In this document: in pieces, positions 43,085-52,560 of the stretch
Layout: the number at the start of each line of letters is the position of its first letter
How positions within the stretch are numbered: the first letter of the stretch is position 1
NCBI GenBank assembly: GCA_963706595.1
Contig: OY970166.1
Location: 1,504,001 to 1,568,000, forward strand
Reading direction: 5' to 3'
Origin: an uncultured cyanobacterium
GTDB lineage: Bacteria; Cyanobacteriota; Cyanobacteriia; Cyanobacteriales; Nostocaceae
DNA: 64,000 bases
The notes under the pieces: model-generated
What the model was told of the DNA's origin: nothing
The model's database searches: none
The model's input: the letters and a program-made list of their open reading frames with translations, nothing else
Program-made: the position numbers and the translations under genes

Positions 43085-44848
43085 ATGTTTAGAGACTGGT
43101 TTGCCAACAACTTGGGAGTAGGTCAAGCTCGGAAAGAGCAAGTGTACCTAGAAATATGCAGTTCCCTTAGTCTGGATGATGCTAGTTATTGGATTCAAGT
43201 TCTGTTTGCGGCTGGTATTGCTACCCTGGGGCTAGTTCTAAATAGCCCAGCTGTAATCATTGGCGCGATGCTGATTTCTCCGTTAATGGGGGGGATTTTA
43301 GCCAATGGACTCGCATTAGCTGCGGGTGATGTAATTTTAGCGATGCGCTCACTGCTGAATTTGTTATTGAGTTGTCTGGTGGCTATTTCCTTTGCTGTGT
43401 TATTGGTGACATTGCTGCCATTTAAGGAAATTACCAGTGAGATTTTAGCCAGAACTCGACCTAATATTCTGGATTTAGTCATCGCCCTGTTTTCTGGTGC
43501 GGTGGGGTCGGTGGCCATTTGTAAAGAACCCAGAGGCGTGGCGACTTCTATTCCTGGTGTGGCGATCGCAGTAGCTTTGATGCCACCATTATGTGTTGTG
43601 GGGTATGGTATCGGTGTCGCTATTAGCCTCAATAGCGCCCAAGGATTACAGGTAGCTAGTGGTGGGGGCTTACTATTTTTTACCAACTTGGTAGCGATTA
43701 CCTTCACTGCGATGCTGGTGTTTCTGGGACTGCATATTGATAATGATCAGGTCAGAGAAAAAGTTAGGGAATGGCGAAACACACATCCTGAGAGTGTCTG
43801 GGTTCAGACTTTATTGGAAAAACTACCTGCTTATGGCAAATTGCGGAAAATTGGCTCGCTTCCAGGGAGATTATTATTAATTTTTATTACCATTGTCGCG
43901 ATTATTTTCCCCCTCAATCGCTCTCTGCGTCAACTTGGACGGGAAATTGCGCTCCAGCAACAGGATAATCGTAACCGAAGTTTGGCTACGGATGTCTGGC
44001 AGAAAAACTTTGCTCAATTACCCGATGGTGAGACACGTTCTTTTATCAGCAATATTTCGACATCAGAAAAAAATGACAAGCTGACAATTCAACTTCAGGT
44101 GTTTACGAGTCAGCAATATTCATCAGATGAACAGGATAGTTATATTGAACAGCTAGCCGCCCGTTTGGGAAGACCTCCAGAATTATTAGCCCTGAAGTTG
44201 GTAGAAATTCCCACCGCTTCCAACGAACTGTTACGCCCAGCACCTACAGAACAGCCCCCGGAACCAGTTTTAACCATCGCTCAATTACAATCAACTTTTG
44301 TGCAAGAAGTTCAATTTGCTTTGCGTAATTTGAGACTTCCCCCGCCAGCAGAAATGGTTAATTACGAGTTAGTTAATAGTCCAGTTGCACCTTTAAGTAT
44401 CAGGGTAATCTATCTGAGTGAACGTGATATTGATGGAGATGCTCAAACTTTAGTCGCTGATAGTATCAGAAGTCTGTTAAATTACGAGTCGGCTATAGTG
44501 AGTATGCAAAGAATAGCCAGCAATCTAGGAGCTATATCCTTTGAAAATGAGCAATCAGAACTTAAGCCAGAAAATACTCAATTATTAGACCGGGTTGGGC
44601 AAATTTTACAGCAACAGCCTAGTTTAAACCTGGAAATGATTGTCAATCAGGAAGAGGGCGAGTTAGCAGAAATTCTCCCCAGGCGATCGCAAGCTATTAC
44701 AGAATATCTGGAATCACAGTGGCAAATTAGTAGCGATGACCGCATCGACTGGCAAACTGGAACAGAGTCTCAACGTAGCGCAATACTCAAACTTACGGTA
44801 AAATCACGGACAAAGCCCCCAGTGTCAACTCAGCCCGAATCGCGCTAA
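43085..44848 (+). CDS. DUF389 multi-pass membrane protein with soluble C-terminal region
   Basis: IATLGLVLNSPAVIIGAMLISPLM, EILART.P..LDL, PGVAIAVALMPPL. Confidence 0.87.
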   Translation: MFRDWFANNLGVGQARKEQVYLEICSSLSLDDASYWIQVLFAAGIATLGLVLNSPAVIIGAMLISPLMGGILANGLALAAGDVILAMRSLLNLLLSCLVAISFAVLLVTLLPFKEITSEILARTRPNILDLVIALFSGAVGSVAICKEPRGVATSIPGVAIAVALMPPLCVVGYGIGVAISLNSAQGLQVASGGGLLFFTNLVAITFTAMLVFLGLHIDNDQVREKVREWRNTHPESVWVQTLLEKLPAYGKLRKIGSLPGRLLLIFITIVAIIFPLNRSLRQLGREIALQQQDNRNRSLATDVWQKNFAQLPDGETRSFISNISTSEKNDKLTIQLQVFTSQQYSSDEQDSYIEQLAARLGRPPELLALKLVEIPTASNELLRPAPTEQPPEPVLTIAQLQSTFVQEVQFALRNLRLPPPAEMVNYELVNSPVAPLSIRVIYLSERDIDGDAQTLVADSIRSLLNYESAIVSMQRIASNLGAISFENEQSELKPENTQLLDRVGQILQQQPSLNLEMIVNQEEGELAEILPRRSQAITEYLESQWQISSDDRIDWQTGTESQRSAILKLTVKSRTKPPVSTQPESR

Positions 44849-44872
44849 TTGCACACACACAGAACATTAGTT

Positions 44873-45772
44873 ATGCCAAAGACTCGTTTTTTCAGTTTCT
44901 TTCGTCACGTCAATGGGCGCACCCTGAAAAAAACTTTTGCCAGGACAAATGAAAGGCGACTTTTAGGACTTGGCTCGGAAATTGCCTTCAATGCCATGTT
45001 ATCTTTGTTTCCGGCAATTCTCGCTGTGCTGACAGCTATCGGCTTATTTGAAGAATCCTTCCAAAATACTTTTAAACAGTTCGCTGCTCAATTCAGTCAA
45101 GTTGCACCTGAAGAAGTGCTAGTCTTAGTTCGTGATTTTACCACCAGAGAAATTACCAACTCCAGAAACGGTGGTTTGTTTTCTCTGAGCTTTGCGATCG
45201 CCATTTGGACTGCTTCTGGGGCGATAAGTACGGCGATGGCTGCCTTTGACCAAATTCATCAAATTCCCTCCGAGAAAAAGCGCCCTTTTTGGAAAGCCAA
45301 ACTTATCTCACTCGGATTAACAATCGGTACTATTTTACTGTTTGTTTTGGCCTCTTTCCTCGTGTTTATCAGTGATTTCCTCTTAGGAATAGCGGTGAAT
45401 GAAAGTAGTTATTTGATTTTCTTGCTGCATATTTGGCAACTGTTACGCTGGCCTTTAGCACTGGGTATTATTGCTACCGCCTTTAGCTTTGTCTATCGCT
45501 ATGGTCCGAGCGTCTGGAATTCCGGCACACCAATGATGCCGGGGGCTATATCCGCAGCCGTTTTCTGGGCAATTCTATCGGCCTTATTTCGGACTTATGT
45601 AGCCAATTTCGGTAACTATAACAAAGTTTATGGTGCTGTGGGTGCTGTGATAGTTTTAATGCTGTGGCTCTGGATGAGTGCGGCGGTGATGCTGATCGGC
45701 GACCAATTAAATGTAACTGTCGGTGAACAGATGCAGTTAAAATCCAATCAAAACTTAATGGACAACCAATAA
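44873..45772 (+). CDS. YihY/virulence factor BrkB family membrane protein
   Basis: AF..MLSLFP, WTAS, YNKVYGAVGAVIVLMLWLW. Confidence 0.88.
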   Translation: MPKTRFFSFFRHVNGRTLKKTFARTNERRLLGLGSEIAFNAMLSLFPAILAVLTAIGLFEESFQNTFKQFAAQFSQVAPEEVLVLVRDFTTREITNSRNGGLFSLSFAIAIWTASGAISTAMAAFDQIHQIPSEKKRPFWKAKLISLGLTIGTILLFVLASFLVFISDFLLGIAVNESSYLIFLLHIWQLLRWPLALGIIATAFSFVYRYGPSVWNSGTPMMPGAISAAVFWAILSALFRTYVANFGNYNKVYGAVGAVIVLMLWLWMSAAVMLIGDQLNVTVGEQMQLKSNQNLMDNQ

Positions 45773-45828
45773 GAAAGTCAATAAAGTAGTAAGGTATTTA
45801 ATCTAACCTCAAATAAGCGATCGCCTTC

Positions 45829-46221
45829 ATGCCTGATTCTTATCCACGGGTTTCCTATATTGATTCTGACGCTCAAGCAGTCACATTGAAACGCCTGCGT
45901 CGGCTGAGTCGTATCCTCGATAAAGTTGTGACTATTCCCGGAACACCAATTCATATTGGTTTAGATCCCCTTGTGGGATTTATACCTATTGGTGGCGATG
46001 TTGTGGGAATTATCCTTGCTAGCTACATTGTGATAGAAGCCGCCAAACTAGGTGTTCCTAAAGCTACTTTGAGGAAAATGGTCTTGAATGTGATCATCGA
46101 TGGCTTGGTAGGCAGTGTCCCAGTCATCGGAGACTTATTTGATTTCGCTTGGACAGCCAATGAGTATAATATCAAACTATTAGAAGAACATTTACAGTTA
46201 CCTCTGAGAAGAAAAGTATAA
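45829..46221 (+). CDS. DUF4112 protein
   Basis: IPGT...GLDPLVGFIP.GGD, VPVIGDLFD..W.AN..N. Confidence 0.88.
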   Translation: MPDSYPRVSYIDSDAQAVTLKRLRRLSRILDKVVTIPGTPIHIGLDPLVGFIPIGGDVVGIILASYIVIEAAKLGVPKATLRKMVLNVIIDGLVGSVPVIGDLFDFAWTANEYNIKLLEEHLQLPLRRKV

Positions 46222-46303
46222 ACCCTGAATTTATTTTGCCATTGTCTTCATAGCATTCTCGTGATAGTAATTAGAATGCTTCAAATAAGTTATTTATAAA
46301 GGA

Positions 46304-47260
46304 ATGAAAGATTGGTGGCAGGCTACGTTTCCCCAAGGAAGGCAAAGTCTAATTATTACTGATATAAATGGTTATCCTGTAAAAATTGCTTATGGTGAAG
46401 TAGGTACAGGTAAACCCTTAGTATTATTACATGGAATGGGTAGCTGGAGCTACAATTGGCGGCACAGCATCGCGCCATTATCGCAATATTTTCGGGTCAT
46501 TTGCTTTGATGCTAAAGGCTACGGTTTTTCGGAAAAACCTGGGTTGCGGAGAGAACAAAACGGGCATCAACTTATTGAGTTAGAACGCATTCTTCAGGCA
46601 TTATGTGATCAACCTGCTGTGATTGTCGCCGAATCTTTAGGGGGTTTAGTCGCCCTAGCTCTAGCAGAACATAATCCTGAATTAATCGCCCGTTTAATAG
46701 TTATAAATGTGCCTGTGTTCACAGAAAACTTACCCCATTGGGCAATGTGGATACTTGCCAAAACACCCATAGAAATATTACAAACAATTGATACTTGGCG
46801 TTTAGCATATTTATTTGCGCCTCTAGTCAGAGAAATTATGGCCATAGAAAGGCGTAAGGTGCTGTTCGATCCATCAATTCTGACACCTGAAGATGTGTAT
46901 TGGATAACTTATCCATTTATTGAGCTTCCGGGGACTATTGTCAAAGTTGCTGAAGAGTTACAAATAGCAGCGCAGGAAATAGAGAATTGGCAAGTCAATA
47001 AACCGAATATGCTCAGTAAAATTCAAAATAATCTGGGTAATATTAAATGTCCCACACTCATTATGTGGGGAGATCAAGATAGTTGGTTTCCCGCCAGTCA
47101 TGGAGAAAAATTACATCAACTCATCCCCCTATCCCAGTTAAAAATTTTAGATAACTGCTGTCATGATGCTTCGGCTGGTTCATCTGAAGTCGTGAATGGG
47201 GCTATTATTGAGTTTTTGCACAAGACAAATTTTATATATAGCAACCGCCAAGGAGGTTAA
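46304..47260 (+). CDS. Alpha/beta hydrolase; last 7 codons and stop supplied by an inserted repeat
   Basis: LLHGMGSWSYNW, DAKGYGFS, AESLGG, WGDQD, CCH. Confidence 0.88.
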   Translation: MKDWWQATFPQGRQSLIITDINGYPVKIAYGEVGTGKPLVLLHGMGSWSYNWRHSIAPLSQYFRVICFDAKGYGFSEKPGLRREQNGHQLIELERILQALCDQPAVIVAESLGGLVALALAEHNPELIARLIVINVPVFTENLPHWAMWILAKTPIEILQTIDTWRLAYLFAPLVREIMAIERRKVLFDPSILTPEDVYWITYPFIELPGTIVKVAEELQIAAQEIENWQVNKPNMLSKIQNNLGNIKCPTLIMWGDQDSWFPASHGEKLHQLIPLSQLKILDNCCHDASAGSSEVVNGAIIEFLHKTNFIYSNRQGG

Positions 47261-47319
47261 GACATAACCCACTCCCTACTCCCTACTCCCCACTCCCCAC
47301 TCCCTACTCCCCAGCTATA
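47237..47319. mobile_element. MITE-like element, copy 2 (internally shorter), flanked by a TA duplication
   Basis: TA-TAGC...GCTA-TA; homologous to 21771-21875. Confidence 0.7.
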
Positions 47320-47321
47320 AA

Positions 47322-47490
47322 TAAAAAAAGAGTGAGAGGAGGCATACCAAGCGCCTCTAACCTCTCACTCTGGTATTTGCCACTGTAGTGTTCAGGAATA
47401 TGTACAAACGCTGCCCTTTTTTTAGGGGGCTAATATGTATATCAATGACAACGCTCATATACATATAATATTCCTGGTGCGACAAATACT
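47322..47490 (-). ncRNA. Candidate structured small RNA with intrinsic terminator
   Basis: Nested inverted repeats at 47373-47489, terminator hairpin at 47329-47371 followed by a U-tract on the minus strand, TAGACT -10-like box immediately upstream. Confidence 0.4.
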
Positions 47491-47669
47491 AAGTCTAATT
47501 ATTAAAACAGTTATCACTTAACATGGTAAATTAGTTCTTGATTATCTCTGTTAACAAAATCCGGTTTGTTTTTTGTCTTCTACAATTTAACTCAGTTCAT
47601 CTGAACATGGTTGCCATTTTGGCAGGTTTTTAGATTTTTCTCAATTGTTCGTAGATCATCCCTTGATGA

Positions 47670-48320
47670 TTAATATTTCTGTAAAATTGTAGGCAAAGAA
47701 TTTTGTTTACGAATATCCATCAAGTCTGCCAAAGTTTCTTTCCTTTTATCCAGTGGATGCTGATGTTCTGATGGTAGAACAGTCACCAATGACTGCGATT
47801 TAGCTGGCTTTGAGATGATATGCTTCAGTGGTTGCCGTGGTACAAACACTGGCGGACTCTTGAAAGTCGTTGGTTCCGATTTTGGTCGATGGCTTGATGT
47901 TAAGGGTCTTGAGGCGCGTTTGATGGGTTTACGGACTTGTTGACTCTTATTCGGTCCGTTGACTAACCGGACAATCATGAAGCAACCACTGGCACAACTG
48001 AGGGCGATCGCACCAACCATCCATAAAGGTGTAGGATTGCTATGATCGGAGGATGTTGTGATTGGTTTTGCCACCACACCAGGGATTTCTTCTACTTTTA
48101 CATTGTCTGCACTACCGGCGTAACCCAAGATATACAAAGCTAAGGACGCAGTGACCATGAGCATTGTGAACAACCCAGTTAACAATAACCCTGGATGACG
48201 TGTCAGCACATAGATAAAAACATTTAAGCTACCGATTAATCCCGATTTACTTTTAGTCTGCCTTCTGGCTTGGGTTGGCTCATCTTGTACGTTCTGAGTA
48301 TGTTCCATGATGACTTTCAC
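47670..48320 (-). CDS. Hypothetical 2-TM membrane protein
   Basis: Two hydrophobic helices; C-terminal LADLMDIRKQNSL. Confidence 0.7.
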   Translation of the reverse strand: MKVIMEHTQNVQDEPTQARRQTKSKSGLIGSLNVFIYVLTRHPGLLLTGLFTMLMVTASLALYILGYAGSADNVKVEEIPGVVAKPITTSSDHSNPTPLWMVGAIALSCASGCFMIVRLVNGPNKSQQVRKPIKRASRPLTSSHRPKSEPTTFKSPPVFVPRQPLKHIISKPAKSQSLVTVLPSEHQHPLDKRKETLADLMDIRKQNSLPTILQKY

Positions 48321-48474
48321 ATTGATCCCCTCTAGTCAATGATTGTACCGGAGGAGTCAGACATCAGGTATCCGTAACCAAATTTGGGAATTCAGTAGCT
48401 TTTTTTTGGAAATATAGACTACCAAATCCCAGATTTTTACTAATTTTAGCGGTTTTAGCGAATTGTTAATTTAG

Positions 48475-49542
48475 CTATGACTGCGATTCGTTACCAGAAT
48501 ATCTTTCGAGCGCTAATTGAATTAACCGATCAACTAATTCTGGAAATGGTATACCACTATCAGCCCAGAGTTGGGGATACATACTGGTAGCAGTAAAGCC
48601 TGGGAAGGTGTTGATTTCGTTAATCAATATTTCGCCGGTAGCTTCTACAAAGAAAAAATCTACTCTTGCTAACCCCGCAGCGTCAACAGCTGCAAAGGCT
48701 TGTAATGCCATATCTTGGATTTGGCGGCTCACAGCATCTGGAATTGGTGCGGGAATCAGTAAATCTGCTTGTCCTGCGGTATATTTAGTTTCATAATCAT
48801 AGAAGTCACTATTGAAGGAAATCTCTCCGACGATAGAGGCTTTGGTTTGATCATTACCTAATACGGCACATTCTACTTCTCTGGCTACTACTCCTGCTTC
48901 GACGATGATCCGTCTGTCGTAAGTCGCAGCATTATCTAAGGCGGCTTCTAATTCTGGACGCGATCGCACTTTGGCAATACCCACTGATGAACCTAAGTTA
49001 GCAGGTTTGACAAAACAAGGATAGTCCAAAGCTGCTTCAATTTCATCGCAGAGTTTGGGAAACACACAAGGATTTGACCAAACTTGCGCTCTGGTTAAGG
49101 CTTTGTATTTCACCTGGGGTAATCCGGCTTGCTCAAAGGCCATTTTCATGGCAATCTTATCCATACCCAAAGCTGAACCTAACACCCCAGAACCGACAAA
49201 GGGGACTTGCATTAATGTCAGTAATCCCTGAATCGTACCGTCTTCACCGTTGGGACCGTGGAGAATGGGAAACCACACATCCACGTCTGTGACTTGCTCT
49301 GGTAATGTCCAGGGACTCAGGTTTTTGTCTTCTATGTGGGGAATATCAGAGTCTAGAATCTGTTGCGGTATTTCTCCCGCTAACCAGCATCCGTCTTTCT
49401 GGATGTAAAAAGGCAGGATTTCGTACTTATTAGCATTTTCCTCTGCACTTAAGGCATTAGCGATCGCTCTTGCTGAACTAATTGAAACTTCATGTTCCCC
49501 GGAACGACCCCCAAACAGCAGTCCCACCCGCAGTTTAGTCAT
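48475..49542 (-). CDS. ddl: D-alanine--D-alanine ligase
   Basis: [52 protein letters not shown]. Confidence 0.96.
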   Translation of the reverse strand: MTKLRVGLLFGGRSGEHEVSISSARAIANALSAEENANKYEILPFYIQKDGCWLAGEIPQQILDSDIPHIEDKNLSPWTLPEQVTDVDVWFPILHGPNGEDGTIQGLLTLMQVPFVGSGVLGSALGMDKIAMKMAFEQAGLPQVKYKALTRAQVWSNPCVFPKLCDEIEAALDYPCFVKPANLGSSVGIAKVRSRPELEAALDNAATYDRRIIVEAGVVAREVECAVLGNDQTKASIVGEISFNSDFYDYETKYTAGQADLLIPAPIPDAVSRQIQDMALQAFAAVDAAGLARVDFFFVEATGEILINEINTFPGFTATSMYPQLWADSGIPFPELVDRLIQLALERYSGNESQS

Positions 49543-49748
49543 TTTTAGTACCTTTATCTGTTATCTCGCAGATAGCGTATCACAACCTGCTCTGGTTACT
49601 ATATTTTTTTCTCGCGACTATAAATTTAGCTTGGGTCGCAAGAAACATACCAGAAGCCGAGCAAAACCACTTAAAGACTCTTCCCCACTCCCCAGAAATC
49701 AAACGGGGTTACAATAACATATTAGATAATGAAACAAACCAGCAGTAA

Positions 49749-50189
49749 ATGACAATGGATAATTTTTTGTTTTTAAGCAGTGTGTTCCCATCAGTTGATA
49801 TTTTTATAGGATTCAAACCTGCTTTAAAAAGAAATACAAAAGGCAAAACGATTTTTAGTTGTTTTGATGTTGATGACAATTTAGTAGCGAGTCGGGTATT
49901 AAAAGAAGCCAGAGGTCTAAAAAAACTCGCAATTCCTTCAATAACGCATAAACTACATATTAAATCATTCAATGAAGATTACTATCTTGTTGATGTCAAA
50001 TCTATGATTGAAGACTGCATTCAAGATAAAATTGCCTACGTTAAAAGGGATTATGGTTTAACACCTGAAGAATATTATCAAGAAATACTAGAAGCTCGTG
50101 CAAAAGCAAGTGTAATTAAAGATGTCGCTTTAAAAATTGATGAACTAGATTTTTCAGAGCTTGAGGCAATTGAAGTTAAGGTTGAGTAG
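49749..50189 (+). CDS. Hypothetical protein (AT-rich, no recognisable family)
   Basis: 146-codon ORF filling the gap and followed directly by a terminator. Confidence 0.55.
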   Translation: MTMDNFLFLSSVFPSVDIFIGFKPALKRNTKGKTIFSCFDVDDNLVASRVLKEARGLKKLAIPSITHKLHIKSFNEDYYLVDVKSMIEDCIQDKIAYVKRDYGLTPEEYYQEILEARAKASVIKDVALKIDELDFSELEAIEVKVE

Positions 50190-50191
50190 AT

Positions 50192-50230
50192 AAAAAAAGC
50201 TTCTACATTTAGTTATAGAAGCTTTTTTTT
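50192..50230. terminator. Bidirectional-type terminator hairpin
   Basis: AAAAAAAGCTTCTA...TAGAAGCTTTTTTTT. Confidence 0.75.
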
Positions 50231-50437
50231 GTCTATTGCTTAATATCCCGTGAAAATTTACCACAAATAGAACATTTCAACCGATGCTTTTAGCCTGTCT
50301 TAACATTTTTGTGACGTTTCCTGACCTACACTGAATAAAGGTAATTTCAGTTTCTGGCGTTGCTGAATCGGGATATGAAAGTCAAAAAATCCATCTCCCC
50401 AATTTTTACTCTCTGTGCTTAATGCGTATATGCTGGG

Positions 50438-52153
50438 TTATTTCAATTTAAATTCATCAAATTTTACCACATCTGAATTGGGTTTACGAGTATCAAAATA
50501 ATAGCTAGTTACTATTCCTTTGCCTGTGTCAAAGATGCTAAAAACTGTGATGTCGTTACTCGCTATGTAAGGAAGCGGTTGATTATCTTCGCCTAACAAT
50601 GGTGCTATTGTCGGGATAACTGGTTGCAATCCGTAAGGATCACCCAGTGCAGTATAATCTTCTTGATATCCAATTGGTATTTCTCGTTTTTTGTTCCCCC
50701 AAGCCGCACCATAAGAGTTACCCACATTTGATGTTTCGAGAAAGTGCATTCCACTAGGACTAACAAAGCGGTTCCATAAATGAGAATGTCCATATAATAA
50801 GAATTGCACCTCAGCCGCTTCTAGTAAGGGGACAACATCACGATTAATGTAATCTGCGTCTTTGGGGTATTCGTAACGAACTGCGGTGATTTTACCGTTT
50901 TGCTCACGTTCAATTGTCTGCACTGGATTCGTATAAGCAGGAACGATATTATCACCCAGAGTATGAGGTGGATGATGGAACATCACAACTTTGTATTTGG
51001 CTTGTTGAAATTCTGGACTGTTCAGTTCTGCTTCTAACCAATTATATTGCTGACTACCTTTAGTAATGGGTTCAAAAATTAACTGTCCATAACCCCAATT
51101 TTCAGGATTTTCTAAATCCTGTGGGGCTTCTTTATATCTACCTTTATATTTTGTATTTAAGTTGGGAGTCCGCCACGTATTGGTGATGTAAAGTACCACC
51201 AAACGCACATCACCAAAGCTAACTGCATAATATTTTTTACCACCTGTTTTACTTTGAGGTAGGCTGAAAATCTCTTCATAAGTATAAGTATTAAAAGAAT
51301 TATCTATTAAAGGTTTCCCACTATATAATCTTTGAGCAACGTCACGAGGAATAGGATCATTAAATTCATTATTTAAACTGTCTGTTCTCTCAAACCGCCC
51401 CATCACTTCATGATTACCAATGGCTGTAAACATGGGCGCGTGTTGAATGATTTCACCCCCTGTATAAATGGTTTTCACGCCATTGTGTGACATTTCATAG
51501 TTCGCCCGACCTTGTAAAGCCGGAAATAATGCACCACCCCGACTATCATCAAACCATTCCGAGGCGCGATCGCTCACATTAATTAAATCACCCGCGAACC
51601 ACACCCCATCAACTTGTCCCACGGTTTCCACCACCTTTTGCAGATTTGCGGCTGTCATTGGTTTTAACTGATGGTCTGAAGTCAATAGAATCTTAAGTGG
51701 TTGTCCTGGTTCTGGAGTCGGTGCGAGGGTAAAAACATCACTGCTGACACTTGCGCCATCTTCGCGCATACTCATCACACGATAGGGAACACGCACCCCA
51801 GGAGTTAACCCAGTCACCTCAGCTTCGTGTCGCCAAATGTCACGTTTTCCAGGTTGATTTATCGTTTGATTTGCTACTTTTGATTGTTGGTCTTCTCGTG
51901 TGCGGCTGAGTTTAGTTGTTATAGCAAAGCTTGATTTATCCAGATTTTCCCCGTAGGTAACTAAGTGGTTTTTACCAGAAAACTCTGTAAACCAAACTAC
52001 TTGTACAGAGTTAGCAGTTGGTAGTTGTAAAAATGGGTCAGTCAGCAGATGCGGTGCTGATATCATAATTGTTTGCCCATAAGAACGCACGCTTACCAGG
52101 GTAAGGCATAGAACAAAGAGAATTATAAACGTTAACAGTTTAGTTTTCGCCAT
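50438..52153 (-). CDS. Secreted metallophosphoesterase with FN3-like N-terminal domain (purple acid phosphatase-like)
   Basis: Signal peptide; TSDHQ, AGDL, GNHE, FHHP, GHSH. Confidence 0.87.
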   Translation of the reverse strand: MAKTKLLTFIILFVLCLTLVSVRSYGQTIMISAPHLLTDPFLQLPTANSVQVVWFTEFSGKNHLVTYGENLDKSSFAITTKLSRTREDQQSKVANQTINQPGKRDIWRHEAEVTGLTPGVRVPYRVMSMREDGASVSSDVFTLAPTPEPGQPLKILLTSDHQLKPMTAANLQKVVETVGQVDGVWFAGDLINVSDRASEWFDDSRGGALFPALQGRANYEMSHNGVKTIYTGGEIIQHAPMFTAIGNHEVMGRFERTDSLNNEFNDPIPRDVAQRLYSGKPLIDNSFNTYTYEEIFSLPQSKTGGKKYYAVSFGDVRLVVLYITNTWRTPNLNTKYKGRYKEAPQDLENPENWGYGQLIFEPITKGSQQYNWLEAELNSPEFQQAKYKVVMFHHPPHTLGDNIVPAYTNPVQTIEREQNGKITAVRYEYPKDADYINRDVVPLLEAAEVQFLLYGHSHLWNRFVSPSGMHFLETSNVGNSYGAAWGNKKREIPIGYQEDYTALGDPYGLQPVIPTIAPLLGEDNQPLPYIASNDITVFSIFDTGKGIVTSYYFDTRKPNSDVVKFDEFKLK

Positions 52154-52210
52154 AATTACCCGGAGAGTTACAGGCTTTTGGCATTATACATGGGCAAGTT
52201 TAAAGGGCGG

Positions 52211-52246
52211 TTAAGGCGATCGCTTATTATATTCAACTTTCCACAT
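52211..52246 (-). pseudogene. 5' stub of a RelE/ParE-like toxin gene cut at a HIP1 site
   Basis: ATG TGG AAA GTT GAA TAT AAT AAG CGA TCG CCT TAA (MWKVEYNKRSP*), overlapping the antitoxin stop; HIP1 at 52216-52223. Confidence 0.55.
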
Positions 52247-52445
52247 TTGCACCCATCACTGATTCATAATACTTTAGTGCATCTTCTTTCGAGAGTGGTG
52301 TTTCATCCTCTACTTCCTCCATCAGTTTAGCCAAACCGTAATCTTCAAGGATTTCTTCAATTTTTTCAAACTCAGCAATGGGAATTTGGACAGCAATAGG
52401 TTGCTGATTTTCGTCAAATATATAATTTTTGTGCAGTTTAAGCAT
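52233..52445 (-). CDS. Small acidic antitoxin-like protein (RelB/StbD-like)
   Basis: YIFDENQQPIAVQIPIAEFEKIEEILED...LSKEDA pattern. Confidence 0.7.
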   Translation of the reverse strand: MLKLHKNYIFDENQQPIAVQIPIAEFEKIEEILEDYGLAKLMEEVEDETPLSKEDALKYYESVMGANVES

Positions 52446-52560
52446 TTTGGTAACTTCTAGTTTGAATTAGCTATTACTCTAGTTGTATTTATATTAAAGC
52501 CATATTTTCTGAAAAAGGTGATTTATTCACCTTAAAAGGTAAAATTTATTAAGTTTATCA

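Noticed and set aside
47373..47489. Structured region as the retron msr-msd for the PtuAB-like pair
   Set aside because: About 6 kb away with unrelated genes between and no RT adjacent; kept only as a generic ncRNA candidate.
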